Origin: a virus | Virus record (IMG/VR): IMGVR_UViG_3300029712_000001 | Strand: one strand, 5' to 3' | DNA: 64,000 bases | In this document: piece after piece, positions 62,372-64,000 of the stretch | Layout: every line of letters begins with the position of its first letter | Numbering within the stretch: the first letter of the stretch is position 1 | The notes under the pieces: model-generated | Told to the model about the DNA's origin: nothing | Seen by the model: the letters and a program-made list of their open reading frames with translations, nothing else | Database searches by the model: none | Translations under genes and position numbers: made by a program

Positions 62372-62442
62372 TGTCCAATGGTGTAGTGGTAGCACAACAG
62401 ATTTTGGTTCTGTTAGCGGAAGTTCGATCCTTCCTTGGATAA
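62372..62442 (+). tRNA. tRNA-Gln (UUG)
   Basis: Acceptor is TGTCCAA/TTGGATA, anticodon arm ACAGA-TTTTGGT-TCTGT and T arm GGAAG-TTCGATC-CTTCC. Confidence 0.8.
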
Positions 62443-62511
62443 CGATTAAGTTTTTGTGGAAATGTTAATTATCTGAATGTTTGCGGTGTGTGAACATAGC
62501 AAACATTAAAT

Positions 62512-62583
62512 GGCCCATTAGTTTAATGGATAAAACCTTTGAGTCCTAATCAAAAGTTGCCTGTTCGATTCAGGCATGGGCTA
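62512..62583 (+). tRNA. tRNA-Arg (CCU)
   Basis: Acceptor is GGCCCAT/ATGGGCT (G1-U72), anticodon arm TTTGA-GTCCTAA-TCAAA and T arm GCCTG-TTCGATT-CAGGC. Confidence 0.7.
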
Positions 62584-62586
62584 CAT

Positions 62587-62658
62587 GGCTTGTTGGATGA
62601 GTGGTTTAGTCAGGGATCTGCAAAATCTCGTAGGGCGGTTCGATTCCGCCACAAGCCT
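62587..62658 (+). tRNA. tRNA-Cys (GCA)
   Basis: Acceptor is GGCTTGT/ACAAGCC (perfect), anticodon arm GGGAT-CTGCAAA-ATCTC and T arm GGCGG-TTCGATT-CCGCC. Confidence 0.8.
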
Positions 62659-62674
62659 CTAAAAAAGTAAGACA

Positions 62675-63115
62675 ATGAACTACCCAGAGCAACAAATGCT
62701 TAAGATCCTTAATAGGGATCTGTTAAGTAATCCGATGTATGTTATTAACAATCTCCATATATATGATTGGGAATCTGACTTCCTGGCCATAACAAGATCA
62801 TTGTACGCTTATGAAGTAGAGGTCAAGATGTCTAAACAAGATTTCTTTAACGACTTCAAAAAGGATAAAAAACATAAGGTTCTTAAAGACGGCATTATTA
62901 AGGTAGGTGGTGTCATAAGCTATCCTCCAAACTATTTCTACTACGCCTGTCCGCCTAATATGATTGACGTAAGTGAAGTCCCTTCTTATGCTGGACTGAT
63001 TTATGTCGATGTTAGTAAAAATAGGAAGAACATCGTTAAGACCGCACCTTTAATTCATAGACAGAAGTTTGATGTAGTGGGTAGGAAACTGGTGGATAAG
63101 TTTTACTATCTTTAA
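62675..63115 (+). CDS. PD-(D/E)XK-type nuclease-fold protein (MmcB-like)
   Basis: The motif WESDFLAITRSLYAYEVEVKMSKQDFFNDFKKDKKHK fits a D...E-x-K core followed by K..KH. Confidence 0.5.
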   Translation: MNYPEQQMLKILNRDLLSNPMYVINNLHIYDWESDFLAITRSLYAYEVEVKMSKQDFFNDFKKDKKHKVLKDGIIKVGGVISYPPNYFYYACPPNMIDVSEVPSYAGLIYVDVSKNRKNIVKTAPLIHRQKFDVVGRKLVDKFYYL

Positions 63116-63210
63116 CAAAGCCCCTGCTTTTAAGCAGGGGATCAATGATTCTTTTATTCATATATGTATTCTTTAATAATTGATTCTGATATATTCCAAA
63201 AAGTTATTAT

Positions 63211-63218
63211 TATATTTG
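63211..63218 (+). promoter_or_regulatory. -7 promoter box TATATTTG
   Basis: Lies 21 nt upstream of the tnpB ATG. Confidence 0.4.
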
Positions 63219-63238
63219 TATTATAAATGTGGTTAAAA

Positions 63239-64000
63239 ATGATTTCATACAAATACAACATATACCATTCAAAGAAAACGAAGTATCTTGACAAGATGCT
63301 TCGTGAATGTTGTTTTGTGTGGAATCATGCTTTAGCTCTACAACGTAGATATTACAAACTGTTTGGAAAATATATCTCAGTTGGTAAGATGCAAAAACAT
63401 TTCTCTAAAAGAATTAAGAGAAATCTTCTTCATTCCCAAACAGTACAAGAAATCCTTCATAGATTAGACTCATCATACAATCGTTTCTTCAAGAAATTGG
63501 CCAAACGACCTCCTAAGTTTAAATCACCGGATAAATTCAATTCTTTTGTATTCAAACAAGGAGGGTTTACCCTAAATGGTAATTGTTTAACAATTAACAA
63601 AGGAAAGAAACGTTTTAAGTTTTCATACAGTAGACCTTATGAAGGTAATGTTAAACAAATTAGAATAGTTAGAGAAACATGCCATCGATATAGTCTGATA
63701 ATTATTACAGATCATAATCTTATAAACTCTTATAGAAAGACACATGATGGTGCATCTATAGGATTGGATTTTGGGCTGAAAACTTATTTAACTAAAAGCG
63801 ATGGTAGCAAAATCGATTCTCCTCTATTCTTCAAACAATATCAAAACAAGATTAGAAAACTAAGTAAGAAATTTTCTAATGCTAAGAAAGGATCTAACAA
63901 TAGAAGAAGGAGACTGTTTGAACTACAACAAACGTATCGTAAAATAAACGATCTTCGATCAGATTTTCAATGGAAATTAGCTCATCAGTTATGCAAACAG
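63239..64000 (+). CDS. tnpB: TnpB (IS200/IS605-family OrfB, RNA-guided nuclease), 5' part, truncated by window end
   Basis: My own translation, since the ORF is absent from the track because it runs off the window: MISYKYNIYHSKKTKYLDKMLRECCFVWNHALALQRRYY..HSQTVQEILHRLDSSYNRFFKK..PPKFKS..ASIGLDFGLKTYLT..FQWKLAHQLCKQ. It shows the typical N-terminal YxxxLxP..Q-type wedge region and the first RuvC Asp (GLDFG). No tnpA lies upstream. Confidence 0.8.
   Translation, partial: MISYKYNIYHSKKTKYLDKMLRECCFVWNHALALQRRYYKLFGKYISVGKMQKHFSKRIKRNLLHSQTVQEILHRLDSSYNRFFKKLAKRPPKFKSPDKFNSFVFKQGGFTLNGNCLTINKGKKRFKFSYSRPYEGNVKQIRIVRETCHRYSLIIITDHNLINSYRKTHDGASIGLDFGLKTYLTKSDGSKIDSPLFFKQYQNKIRKLSKKFSNAKKGSNNRRRRLFELQQTYRKINDLRSDFQWKLAHQLCKQ

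Noticed and set aside
62474-62505. The hairpin AATGTTTGC/GCAAACATT between tRNA-Gln and tRNA-Arg as a fifth tRNA.
   Set aside because: It has no cloverleaf and no T or D loop motifs. It is more likely a processing or spacer hairpin.
1-64000. Stop-codon reassignment (TAG or TGA recoding), as known from some crAss-like lineages.
   Set aside because: Late genes are long and uninterrupted under the standard code. None of the tRNAs seen has a CUA or UCA anticodon.
1-64000. A CRISPR array, an integrase/attachment site, or rRNA.
   Set aside because: No regularly spaced direct repeats with unique spacers were seen. No tyrosine or serine recombinase motifs were seen. The only repeats are intragenic protein repeats, palindromes and the elements reported above.

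Overview
AT-rich window (about 30% GC by eye) that reads as roughly two thirds of a crAss-like (Crassvirales-type) podophage genome of a Bacteroidota host. This call is inferred from gene order and motifs only; no database search was possible. Layout: (i) 1-420, a minus-strand tRNA / tRNA-like array. (ii) 584-52736, one long minus-strand block in the order terminase, portal, capsid, tail, tail fibres and lysis; the terminase carries two inteins. (iii) 52758-53335, a structured divergent control region. (iv) 53336-62151, a plus-strand replication and nucleotide-metabolism block (Pif1/RecD-like helicase, ThyA-like enzyme, RuvC, beta-clamp-like protein, SSB-like protein, dUTPase). (v) 62298-62658, four plus-strand tRNAs, then a PD-(D/E)XK protein and a TnpB gene cut by the window end. 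Bacteroidota-type -7 promoter boxes (TAnnTTTG) and hairpin terminators punctuate both blocks. Main hunt results: a DGR-like template/variable repeat pair with adenine-only mismatches at the 3' end of a fibre-like gene, with no reverse transcriptase visible and an HNH homing endonuclease where one would be expected; an array of covarying GC mini-hairpins beside it; a circularly permuted tRNA-like element; a class-3 plus a LAGLIDADG intein in TerL; and more than 20 short islands of near-100% GC3 codons scattered through otherwise AT-rich genes. Most function calls are motif-based and tentative.
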